A stretch of 64,000 nt of DNA from Candidatus Bathyarchaeota archaeon (GTDB lineage Archaea; Thermoproteota; Bathyarchaeia; Bathyarchaeales; Bathycorpusculaceae), in contig CAVYES010000002.1 in assembly GCA_963767735.1 (NCBI GenBank), forward strand, positions 216,199-280,198, given 5' to 3'. The notes below the pieces were generated by a model. The model saw nothing but the letters and a program-made list of their open reading frames with translations. It was not told where the DNA came from and made no database searches. Positions 49,925 to 59,818 of this stretch are shown here, in pieces. Both the position numbers and the translations under genes were made by a program. The stretch's first letter is position 1, and every line of letters starts with the position of its first letter.

Positions 49925-50800
49925 TTGCCTCCTGCTTTTTCATGAAATTGTGCGGCCAACTTTTCTTCTTCCGGATAAATTTTTAAACGCTTAACAAGTT
50001 CAGCGAAATCGACTATACTAGGCATCAAATTCTGGACCGTCAACACAAGCAAACTTCGTCTTGTCTCCGACAGTAACTCGGCAAGCCCCGCACATGCCCA
50101 TTCCGTCAACCATGATGGGGTTTAGGCTTACCATAGTCTTTATGCAGTGAGGCTTAGTGACATTTGATGCGGCTTTCATCATTAACGGCGGACCAATGGC
50201 GTACACGATATTTATCGGATAACCTTTTTCAATGAGTTGGTTCAAAACTTCACTCACGAAGCCTTTGTGACCTTTTGAACCGTCATCAGTCGAAATATAA
50301 AGTTCGTCTGATACTTCGCGCATTTCATCTTCAAGAATCAGAAGGTCTTTGTTTCTAGCTCCAACAATAGAGATTACCCGATTTCCAGCCTCTTTGAACC
50401 CTTTAGCTATTGGATAAGCGGCTGCGGTGCCAACGCCTCCGCATACTATAACAACTAAACCAAGACTTTTTATTTCGCTTGGGTTACCTAGAGGCCCTGC
50501 AACATTTGATATCGTATTTTTGACTGGAAGTTTGCCAAGTTTCTTTGTGGAGACGCCGACTTCTTGGAAAATAAGGCTAATAGTTCCTTTGCTTTTGTCC
50601 CAGTTTACGAGTGTGAGTGGAAATCTTTCGCCATCCTCGTCTAATCGCAGCATTACAAATTGCCCAGGCTTAGCTTTCTGAGCAATTTCTGGGGCACAAA
50701 CCTCAATAAACTTTACTTGAGGAGACAGTTCTTGTTTAGATACAATTACGTTTCTGTTTATATTACAGTTACAATCTTGATCGACGTTTAAAATTTGCAT
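49921..50800 (-). CDS. nfnA: NfnA/SudB (PyrK-like) subunit; frameshift near 50020
   Basis: PGQFV, GER.PLT, GPLG.P, GGVG.A, DGMGMCGACRV..CVDGPEFD; tail VDFAEL..R in the next frame. Confidence 0.9.
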
Positions 50801-51202
50801 TTTACAACCCACCTCTGTCAGTAGTAGTATATACACATATATATCATATTTATCTTATAAATGTTTTTTTTAAACAAGCGGACAAACACAAGAAAGCCAT
50901 TCCGCTGTTTTAAAGGCGATGCCATGATTCTGATGGGTGGAAGAACATCCTGCTACCAGACAGAGAGAGACAGAGGAGAGCCCTAATTAAGGATTAAGCA
51001 TTCATCCTGCGACTAAAGTGACTCGTATTTTGCCAAGTCCGTAAATGATAGATAAGCTGGAAACTTTATAAACATTATAAAAATAATATTAATAAGAAAA
51101 TGTTTTTAAGGAGTTAAAGCACTTTATTGGTCTTTGACCTTAAGGTCTTTAAGTTAGTTCAGATGCTCTAAATATGATAGAAAGGTCCGGGGAAAAGTCG
51201 AA

Positions 51203-52204
51203 ATGAATCAACAATACTATGCCGAAATCGACGTAGAAAATGCCTTTACGGAATATTTTTCTAAAATAAAAAAGCAAGTTGAATCTGAACTATCAAAATT
51301 TGTTTTAACTATGCCACAAACAGATCTCAGGTCAAAAATAGAGTATGCAGTTTTGTCTGAGGGCAAACGTTTCCGCCCATTTCTGGTTATATTATCGGCA
51401 GAGAGCGTGGGGGAGAACCCGAGCAAGGTGATGCCTCTTGCATTAGCCTTCGAGCTAATGCATACATCCACCTTAATCCATGATGATATAATCGACCAAG
51501 ATGAGATGCGTAGAGGTCAACCTTCATTATACAAAAAAACGTCTATAGGCGAAGCTATCCTCGTCGGCGATGCTCTGATCGCCCTTTCAGTAAGTTTAGC
51601 ATCACCGTTCGGCGAGACCATACTTAAAGACGTGGCACAAAGCGCCCTCGAACTCTGTGATGGGGAAGACATGGACCTTTTAGACTCCTTAAAAACCGCA
51701 ACTGAACAAGCTTATTTTGAAAAAATCAGAAAAAAATCAGCCTCTCTTTGTAAATCTGCCACTTATTGTGGAGCAATAGCTGGTGGCGGATCACTTGCCG
51801 AGCAGTTGGCGCTCTCTAGATTTGGGGAGAGCTTAGGGATAGCCTATCAGCTGAGAGATGATATGCTGGATTTTACTGTTAATCGGGACTTAAATCTGAA
51901 AGATATTAGTAATGGAAGAGTTACTCTGCCCCTCATCTACAGTTATGCACACAGCACTCCGGATGAGAAAAAGGAAATTGAAAAACTTCAAACCATCATA
52001 AGTAAAGATCCATCAAGCGTTAGCGAGAAAGCAAATGACATAGAGCAAATTGTCCGCCGAAAAGGCGCATTTGATTACTGTGAAAGGAAAGTAGATGAGT
52101 ATCTAACGCAGGCTGTGACGAGCGTCTCAGCATTGAAGGATACAGCATACAGAGCTTATTTAATGGAAATCGCAAGAACGCTTAGAAGCTGGGAAACTAC
52201 GTGA
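51203..52204 (+). CDS. Polyprenyl diphosphate synthase
   Basis: GKRFRP, LIHDDIID.D..RRG, AIL.GD, KSASL, YQL.DD.LD. Confidence 0.92.
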   Translation: MNQQYYAEIDVENAFTEYFSKIKKQVESELSKFVLTMPQTDLRSKIEYAVLSEGKRFRPFLVILSAESVGENPSKVMPLALAFELMHTSTLIHDDIIDQDEMRRGQPSLYKKTSIGEAILVGDALIALSVSLASPFGETILKDVAQSALELCDGEDMDLLDSLKTATEQAYFEKIRKKSASLCKSATYCGAIAGGGSLAEQLALSRFGESLGIAYQLRDDMLDFTVNRDLNLKDISNGRVTLPLIYSYAHSTPDEKKEIEKLQTIISKDPSSVSEKANDIEQIVRRKGAFDYCERKVDEYLTQAVTSVSALKDTAYRAYLMEIARTLRSWETT

Positions 52205-52570
52205 AAAGCAAAACTTAAAGGCTTACTTATTGTTGTAAAGGTCTTAATGCAACGATTGTTTCAATTTATTTGGGGACGGCAATCGCGTGGGCTAGAAACA
52301 GCGCTTTAACTTATGTTCTTTATGCATGGCTTGGCTGAAAGCGCATTCCTCCACGCAGTGCAAACATTGCAAATGATTACTTTGACCATAAAAGCGTTCT
52401 AACCATTGCTTTTCATTTTATTACTAGCATCCTGATTTCCCTGCGGATATCTGCTCTACAAATTCGAAGGCATGCCTACAGCATATTTCCCGTAATTGCT
52501 ATCGTCGCTGTATTTGTTTTCCTGTCGATTCAGCTTTTAATAAAAAAAATTAAAGCCGCCTCTTACTGAA
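52201..52570 (+). pseudogene. Internally deleted, frameshifted menA paralog
   Basis: Fragments NATIVSIYLGTAIAWARNSA, ANIANDYFDHKS and LTIAFHFITSILISL match the N- and C-termini of 44316-45332. Confidence 0.75.
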
Positions 52571-52688
52571 TAATGCACGGCACAAAGGACTTAGATTAAA
52601 AATTTTGTATTTGGAAAGGTCATATTTCGAAGATTTATACTATAACTTTATAAGAAATATACTATTAAACGCAAGTCGGTGATGCTAA

Positions 52689-53417
52689 TTGTCTAAATTA
52701 GATGTCATGCGTGCACTTTCTAGCGAAGTTAGACTTGAGATTCTGAAACTCCTTTATCAGAAACCTCGTGATATTGAGGACCTTGCAAAAAACCATTTGA
52801 AGCTTCAACCTATAACAGTACGCCATCATATTCAATTTTTACAAGAAGCAGGCTTATTGGAATCCTATGAAGAAAGAACTGGTTCAGCAGGCAGACCTAA
52901 AACCTATTACAGGATAGCTAAAGGGCTTCCCCTCATTACTTTCCCAACAAGACGATACTTTGACTTATCCAAAGCAATGCTTAACACTCTTTCGCGCAAT
53001 CTGGGAGAAAAAAAAACCGCTGAGATGCTAGCGGACGTCGGTGATGAGTTGGGCAAAGAAACAGTAAAGTATTTGGAAACGACAAATAATATAAAGCAAT
53101 GGACAACGAAAGAATTTGCAGAAATTTTCGTCGAAAAATATCTAACAGAAGCCGGCGCTGAACCAGAAATTATCGAAAACAGTAACACCCGAGTAGTCTA
53201 TAGGACGCATAACTGTCTCTTCTTCGAATTGGCCAAGGAAACCCCTAGTTTAATGTGTGATGTGCTCCATCACCATTTCCACACCTCGCTTGTAAATGCT
53301 ATGAATAATCATTTCCAAGATACTCAAACAAGTTGCATGGGACACGGCGCCAACTGTTGCGAACATACCGTTGAATGGGTTCCAGAAAAGAAAAAACCGA
53401 TGGAACAGGATAATTAA
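52689..53417 (+). CDS. ArsR-type HTH regulator with Cys-rich V4R/SufR-like C-terminal domain
   Basis: R..IL.LL, VRHH...L...GL, GRP..YY; HNC.F...C..H..CMGHGANCC. Confidence 0.85.
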   Translation: MSKLDVMRALSSEVRLEILKLLYQKPRDIEDLAKNHLKLQPITVRHHIQFLQEAGLLESYEERTGSAGRPKTYYRIAKGLPLITFPTRRYFDLSKAMLNTLSRNLGEKKTAEMLADVGDELGKETVKYLETTNNIKQWTTKEFAEIFVEKYLTEAGAEPEIIENSNTRVVYRTHNCLFFELAKETPSLMCDVLHHHFHTSLVNAMNNHFQDTQTSCMGHGANCCEHTVEWVPEKKKPMEQDN

Positions 53418-53671
53418 GCAAATCGTGGCTGCTCAAATATTTCGTAAGCTCGGTTTTATTAGCCTGAGCTTTGTTGAAAAATGGCTTCTTTCCATAGATA
53501 CTTTTTTCAGTGGTTCTTAAAATGTACCTGGTAAAAGCGCATACGTAGAATCATCATCTATAAAATAACCCCAGCATAAAACGTCGGCATGGATTATTGA
53601 AAACTCGTGTAATCTTAGATTCAAGCGTACATACGTAATTAAGGGTCAATGTTTTGTTTGGTTTATATGGC

Positions 53672-54928
53672 TTATATTTGCTGCTCTATGCAAGTTTCCC
53701 TTAGATTATTGATTTCGCGGAGGAACTGTTGCATCATTACGCTTATGTTGTACATGCCTTTTTCTGTGACTCTGAGCAGGTCGCCATTGCTTCTTATAGT
53801 TCCGAAAAGCTTTAGAAGCCAAATTTCTTTGCCTATCACCGCGGATTCTTCGCTTCCTTTTCCGGGTTTTGTGATTCCCATGCTGAATAAGGAGATTAGC
53901 AATTTGTAGATGTAGTATTCACGCCTATTTAGCATCCTATATTTTATTACTGGAAAAGAGCCTTTTGAGACATATTTGGAATACCTTTCTAAGGAAAAAG
54001 AGTTGACATATACGGCATTATTCAGAAGAGTTATTGAACCCGAACCAATTCCCACGTACTCGGGATTATTAACAATGTACTCTTCAATATCGGTCTGTTT
54101 TTTTGAGAAGCACCAAACGTTAAGCGGGTGATAGTCATCAGCCATAAGATTACTTTTTAGGATATCGTAGAAGTGCTTTTCTCTTTTTGATCCTGTTGCG
54201 TTTTGTGAAATGGTCTTTTTGAACTTCCTTTCTATGATTGTACTCTTGTGTGGACCGGGCATTATAGGGTAGAAGGTGGCTTGATCAGCACCACAGGACT
54301 TGAAAAGCCTGATATCCTTCAGAAAAGAAACCTCGTTTTGGGCGGGAAAATTGAATATGAGGTCGATACCGACAGTATCGAACTTGCCACTTGCAATCTT
54401 TATCTTTTCAAGAGCCTCCGAACCTCTGTATCCCGAGCGCCCCAATTCCCTAAGAAGCGTATCGTCAAAGCTCTGCACACCTATCGAGAGCCGCTTCACC
54501 CCACAGCTTCTAAGTGACTCTACGAGCGTGTCATTTATCTCAATCGGGGTGCTTTCGACATCTATCTCTCTTATTCCAAAGATGGATTTTGCCTTGTCTA
54601 TGAAGAGCACTAGTTCATCCATTTGCACGGTCGGAGTGCCTCCGCCCATGGAAAGCGAACTAAACTTGTATCCCTTCTCTGCATACAGCTCCAATTCCTT
54701 GCTAAGATGCGCATAGTATGAACGTATCTTGGTTTCATTGAAAGGATAACGATTGAATGAACAAAAAGGACAGAGGCTCCTACAGAAAGGTATGTGGACA
54801 TAGAGGGGCAGAGCGGAATTTTTCGATCTGTAAGAAATAATTGACTTCTCCACGGAATCGTCGCGTTCGCTAAACTGCATCCTCTTCAATTCCTTTCCTG
54901 CATAATAAGTGAAGAGAGACTCTAACAT
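53672..54928 (-). CDS. HemN-like class C radical SAM enzyme, MenK/MqnK-like menaquinone methyltransferase candidate
   Basis: LYVHIPFCRSLCPFC, GGGTP, SIGVQSF, DLIFNFP.Q, QATFYPIM. Confidence 0.75.
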   Translation of the reverse strand: MLESLFTYYAGKELKRMQFSERDDSVEKSIISYRSKNSALPLYVHIPFCRSLCPFCSFNRYPFNETKIRSYYAHLSKELELYAEKGYKFSSLSMGGGTPTVQMDELVLFIDKAKSIFGIREIDVESTPIEINDTLVESLRSCGVKRLSIGVQSFDDTLLRELGRSGYRGSEALEKIKIASGKFDTVGIDLIFNFPAQNEVSFLKDIRLFKSCGADQATFYPIMPGPHKSTIIERKFKKTISQNATGSKREKHFYDILKSNLMADDYHPLNVWCFSKKQTDIEEYIVNNPEYVGIGSGSITLLNNAVYVNSFSLERYSKYVSKGSFPVIKYRMLNRREYYIYKLLISLFSMGITKPGKGSEESAVIGKEIWLLKLFGTIRSNGDLLRVTEKGMYNISVMMQQFLREINNLRETCIEQQI

Positions 54929-55352
54929 GCTACATCGCTTAAGACAAGTTGATATATTTCTTTTCTGATTAACTACCTTAGTTCATATCAAGCTTTTGTT
55001 TTTTGCGGCTTTGGGACACAACTCAGAGTAGACACCAGATTTAGCTTAATTGTTTCTGGGATCACACAATTTCTGTCAATATACTGTATCAGATTTAAAA
55101 TATTTCTATGTGAGTGAGCGCAAGAAACGATTTGCCCCAAAGCAGTTTTTTGTTTTGACTCTTTATTTGCAACATATTATAATTGCAAACCCAAAAATTG
55201 TGGAAGCCTACAAGTTAGTTAGGCAGATTGTGTCCAAGAAGGCTGAAAGCAAAACCAAATGCTGTTTAGCAAAAGCCCAAGCACTAAATTTAGTAAACGA
55301 ATGCCGCGTCTCCTCTCATGAAAAAAGATAAAAAAAGAGGTTGAAGTGAAAT

Positions 55353-55925
55353 TTAGCCGAATAGTGCTTTAATCCATGGATGTTTTTTAACGAAGTTTAG
55401 TTTGTGCACAAAGCTATCTAAGCCGAGGATTGTTCCACCGCCAAGTATCGCCAAAACAAAGAACATTGCAATGAGTGCAGCGCCAATTTCGAGAGGTCCA
55501 GTGCTCCAGCCGAGGTTAAATGGTCCTGTTGCAGCAACACCGTTAGATAGCTGTCTATACTCTGTGATCCATATTAGTCCAACTTCGATTGTGCCCATAT
55601 AACATGCAAAGCGTGTCAAAAGCCCAAGTATTAACGCCAAGCCAACACAAACCTCTCCAGCGACAACCAAGAAGTTAACTGCGCCAATTGTTGAAGATCC
55701 AGCTAAGCCAACATACCAATTGTGGAAATATCCGCCTCCGGCTACATGTGTTAAGTATCCTGCTGCGTTAAAAGGTACTTTGGGAGTAGCCCAATATTGG
55801 TTGGTTGCTTTTTCAAATCCTGCGAAGAACATACAGAAGCCAGCGAAGAGTCTAATTAGAATTGTTGCGTACGGTTTTCCGTAAACTGCGGGTTCACTTG
55901 CATCCGGTATCCATTTTTTTGCCAT
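55353..55925 (-). CDS. DoxX/DoxD (TQO small subunit-like) membrane protein
   Basis: IRLFAG...FAG.EK, V..GE..VGLALILGL.TR, GLD. Confidence 0.85.
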   Translation of the reverse strand: MAKKWIPDASEPAVYGKPYATILIRLFAGFCMFFAGFEKATNQYWATPKVPFNAAGYLTHVAGGGYFHNWYVGLAGSSTIGAVNFLVVAGEVCVGLALILGLLTRFACYMGTIEVGLIWITEYRQLSNGVAATGPFNLGWSTGPLEIGAALIAMFFVLAILGGGTILGLDSFVHKLNFVKKHPWIKALFG

Positions 55926-56551
55926 TATCTTTCCCTTTCTATACCCTCCAAAGATGTGCTTTTAGTATTTATTATTTTCCATATTTTTTATAAATATTTT
56001 ATTATAATTATAAAATTAGCAAATTACCCGATATTTTATTGTCATCTGATGAGATGAATAACTCGAATCAATACCTAACTCAAATATCATTGTCTACCGC
56101 CCTGTATACTGCTTGTTTTTCGAATTGGCATTTGAAATGACTGACAAGATGTTACGTTCTTCACGCCACTTTCCATGATGGAAATAACAAATTGACGGCA
56201 AAAAAAGTTAAAATCACTCGACTCCTATTGGAAAAGGCGATTATTACTGCGAACATGTCTGCGAGTGAATTGATAAAACGAGTGAAAAATACTTGCCTAA
56301 ATCAATTCCCCAATACGTTTGAAATATGGGCGGATGAAATAAAAAAAATAAGCACTAGAAACTTTGATAACTGCTGTCGAAATAATCTGTTGGGCTAGGT
56401 TTTTTGTTTAGAAAGTTTAGCTATCAAAAGATATCGTTGTAAAAAAGGAGAAAAGATAACTAACTTTTTTGCTGGTTTGAAACCATTAATTTAATGGTTT
56501 AGAAAATTAGGGAAAAATTTTTTAGCAATACTGCAAACTCTTTTTTGAATA

Positions 56552-57775
56552 TTGATGACTAAATGGATTCATGAACTTATTCTGGAAAAGCTTCCTCCTT
56601 TTAAGTGGGTGCCTGAAAACTATCGAGTTCTCGTGCAGTTGCTTGTAATAGAGTTAGTGGGAACTTCTTTAGCGATCCTTTTTTCTTTGCCTTTGTATTC
56701 AATTCTGCTCGGATCCTTGGCTGTTCTTGTAATCTCGATTTGGAGCTATCTGATATATCACATAGGTTTAACTATCCACAGATTGCAATCGCCTTCTGCA
56801 CCACTTGAAAAAAAGGTCATTGAGGACTACCAAGGAGCTCTATTCAACCGTCGGCACTACGAACTCTACTTAGGAGTAGCAATTCTCGGTTTCCTTGCAC
56901 TTTACCTCTTCGGAGTTGACCGAAGTCTCGTCAGCTACTGGCTTGGAGGAAAACTTTCCGTTGCAGGGCTTATTCTTCTAGGTCTCATTCTATGGGACCT
57001 GTCTTATAGACTGGGCGTGGGTCTGTGGTCAGCATTAATTGCCTTAAGACGCTCAATAAGTTTCACAAAAGTTTCGGGAATGCGAACAAAAATGAGCTAT
57101 ACTGCCTACCGAGAGTTGGACACTCTTAAACGCATGGATTCAATAAATTTGGTCTTCGGCCTGGTTACCTTGTTGCTTTACCCTATTTTTAGGTTTAATG
57201 TCCTACTCTTCATTGGTCTTATAGCCTATTCTTGCGCCATTCTGTTATTTTCAGCTGCCTCTCTTTTCCAAATGTCCAGTGTTCCAGGGTTACCTGGTGA
57301 AGTGCTTTGGCTTTTGGAGGAGGGCAAAGTGGGCTACGTTGGAACATCGGATAAAAACATGCAATCGCATTTAACTCCGGTCATCTTTGTCTTTGTTGGA
57401 AATAAATTGTACTTTGTTACATCCAAGATTTCTAAAAAACTTCGAAGTATTCGAGAAAATAAAAAAATTGCCCTGCTTATCGACATCCGTGATGAAACTA
57501 ACCTATATAACAATCGTGCCGTTTTGTTCATGGGTAACGCGAAAGTGTATAACCCCCTGAATTCTATTTGGGGATTCCTTAATCTAATCAAGGCTAGAAG
57601 AGCTTTCTTTAAAAAGTACCCAGAGTATATGCATGCATACCAAAAGGAAAGGCAAAATCTGCCTCTTGCTTGGCGAACGACGCTCTTCGTAAGCCGAATA
57701 CCCGTCAGCGTTGAACCTGAGAAAATCGTGTATTGGCGAGAGGCTAAAGCAATCAAACTTCCGTTAGGTGCTTGA
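56552..57775 (+). CDS. Multi-TM protein fused to a C-terminal PNPOx-like split-barrel domain
   Basis: About 6 hydrophobic helices, then GYVGT.D...HLTPV.F...T...SKK...I.EN.KIALLID. Confidence 0.8.
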   Translation: MMTKWIHELILEKLPPFKWVPENYRVLVQLLVIELVGTSLAILFSLPLYSILLGSLAVLVISIWSYLIYHIGLTIHRLQSPSAPLEKKVIEDYQGALFNRRHYELYLGVAILGFLALYLFGVDRSLVSYWLGGKLSVAGLILLGLILWDLSYRLGVGLWSALIALRRSISFTKVSGMRTKMSYTAYRELDTLKRMDSINLVFGLVTLLLYPIFRFNVLLFIGLIAYSCAILLFSAASLFQMSSVPGLPGEVLWLLEEGKVGYVGTSDKNMQSHLTPVIFVFVGNKLYFVTSKISKKLRSIRENKKIALLIDIRDETNLYNNRAVLFMGNAKVYNPLNSIWGFLNLIKARRAFFKKYPEYMHAYQKERQNLPLAWRTTLFVSRIPVSVEPEKIVYWREAKAIKLPLGA

Positions 57776-58292
57776 CATGGAGAAGCAGAAACTACCCCCA
57801 GAAATGACAGAAGTCTTAAGCACTGGTCACTTTTCGTATTTATGCACAACTGACAATGATAACCAGCCACATATAACTCCAATGTTCTTCGTCTTTGATG
57901 AGACAAACAATAATTTTTATGTGATGACATCTTCCGATTCGAAGAAAATGAAAAATCTCCAAGTCAACAGTAAAGTTTCTTTGTCAGTAGATATTAGAGA
58001 TGCAATGAATCCCTTCAACAACAGGGGAGTAATGGTGCAAGGCAAAGCCACAGTTGAGAAATGCGTCAAGTCTATGTCAGCAGTTGGTGATGATGAAGAA
58101 TTCATTACGACATGTGAAGACTTTCAAAGAAAATATTCAGTTCTTCTTCGAGAAGCAAAGTTTCCAGTCAATGCGGAATATGAAAAGTTCTCAGAGACTC
58201 TGGTACGAATAATCCCTGATAAAATGACTTACTGGAAAGGGCCAAACTTCATAACAGTCAATTTCGATGAACAAAAAAAGGTCTTAGCATAG
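57768..58292 (+). CDS. PNPOx-like (FMN/F420-binding split-barrel) protein
   Basis: YLCT.D...PHITPM.F...T...SKK..N...N.KVSL.VD...NRGV.VQG.A. Confidence 0.85.
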   Translation: MLDMEKQKLPPEMTEVLSTGHFSYLCTTDNDNQPHITPMFFVFDETNNNFYVMTSSDSKKMKNLQVNSKVSLSVDIRDAMNPFNNRGVMVQGKATVEKCVKSMSAVGDDEEFITTCEDFQRKYSVLLREAKFPVNAEYEKFSETLVRIIPDKMTYWKGPNFITVNFDEQKKVLA

Positions 58293-58371
58293 TTTAATTT
58301 ACAAATCAGTTCGATGTGGATGCCTGAATACAAAAGAAAAAAACTTTTCGAATAGTTGGTTGCTGCGTTTT

Positions 58372-59818
58372 TTAAATTGCCAATCTTTGAGCGATAAAAG
58401 GAGCAAGACCAAGCCCAAGAATTATTGTTAACGACACTGCGATGATTATGGCGATTACTTCTGGATCTTTAAGGCTTTCTTTCACTTGCATGTTCTCATT
58501 TTGAGGGTTCGAAAGGAATATGGATCTTATTATTTGACCATAGTAGCCAACGGATATTCCAGTGTTGACGATTGCTATTAGTGATAGCCAAGGTGCAACC
58601 TGTATTGTCGAAATAAAGAGGTAAAAGAACTTGCTCCAGAAGCCCAGCAACGGAGGCATACCGATCAAGCTGAGAAGAAGGATAGTCATGCCGATAGATA
58701 AGATCGGCATTTTTCTCCAAAGTCCGCCAATGCCGTTTAAGTCTGTCTTCATGCCTTTTTGCGTTATGTACGCTAATGCAATAAAAATTCCGGAAGTAGC
58801 TAAAACATAGGCGGTAAGGTGGAGAGCTATCCCTTGAACACCTATTGCCGCTCCCGTCCCGCTTGTTGCTGCCGCGAAGCCCACTAAAATATAGCCAACT
58901 TGTGCTATGCTGCTGTAAGCCATCATTCTTTGTACGTTTCGTTGAATTAGCGCGGCTATATTGCCAAATGTCATAGTAGCTATGGAGAGAATTGAAAAGA
59001 GAATGAGCCATTTATCGCCTAAGACTGCTGCGAAGGGATAAAGAATACGGAAAAGCGCCAGTACACCAGCCACTTTTAGTACAGTTGAAACAAAAGAGAT
59101 TGTAATGGAGTTCACGCCGCCGTACACATCAGGCAGCCAGCCGTGGAAGGGTACAATCCCAATTTTGAAGCCAATTCCTACCACTATCATAATAATAGCG
59201 ATCATGGTTAAGGGTAAGTTTGCGGTTGTGGCTACTTGTGCTATGGTAGTCAAATTGGTTGTGGTACCGGTTAATCCGATTAGGAGAAAGACTCCGAACA
59301 TCAGAAAAACTGAAGCTGTGACTCCCATAAGCGCGTATTTGCTTGCTCCTTCAAGCGACGCTTCATCTTTCTTTATTGCGACAAGGGCATAAGCAGCGAC
59401 TGAGACAAGAGACCATGCTGCTAGTAGAAGAACCAAATCATTTACCGAAATTAGGAAGTAGACACCAGCCGTAATTATCAGTAGCAATGAGAAGAAGCTG
59501 GGGGCGGTCGTCCAACCTTTAGTTTGCCTAAAAGAAGCCAGAGTAACTACGGAAAGAGACAATACTTACAATTAGGAAAAGGAAGGCGCCGTAACTATCG
59601 ATTTTGAGTGCATTGCTGTAAATAGTTAACGCACCTTGGTTTAGCGTTAAAGACAATAAGACGCCAGAAAGGACGATTGCTACCGCGGTTGCGGCTAAGC
59701 TAGCGTACTTGCTAACTTTCACTTTTAATCCGTAATCTATGGTCGGAACGACTAATCCAGTTCCAATTAGGATAATTCCGAGAGAATCTACTATAGCTTC
59801 GATGGCAGATATTGGCAT
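58372..59818 (-). CDS. nuoN: Complex I-like subunit N (frameshift near 59545)
   Basis: EGASKY, GFKIG.VPFH.WLPDVY, GN..AL.Q.N..R..AYSSI, SL.G.PP..GF..K; N-terminal helices lie in ORF 59528-59818. Confidence 0.88.

Noticed and set aside
56037-56073. Hammerhead-ribozyme-like core (TATTGTC..CTGATGAG..CTCGAATCAATA)
   Set aside because: GAAA is GAAT, stem I is absent and stem II has only 2 bp; better explained as a local palindrome.
55050-56398. ORFs 55050-55331 and 56192-56398
   Set aside because: AT-rich intergenic sequence, TTG starts without SD, no recognisable motifs.
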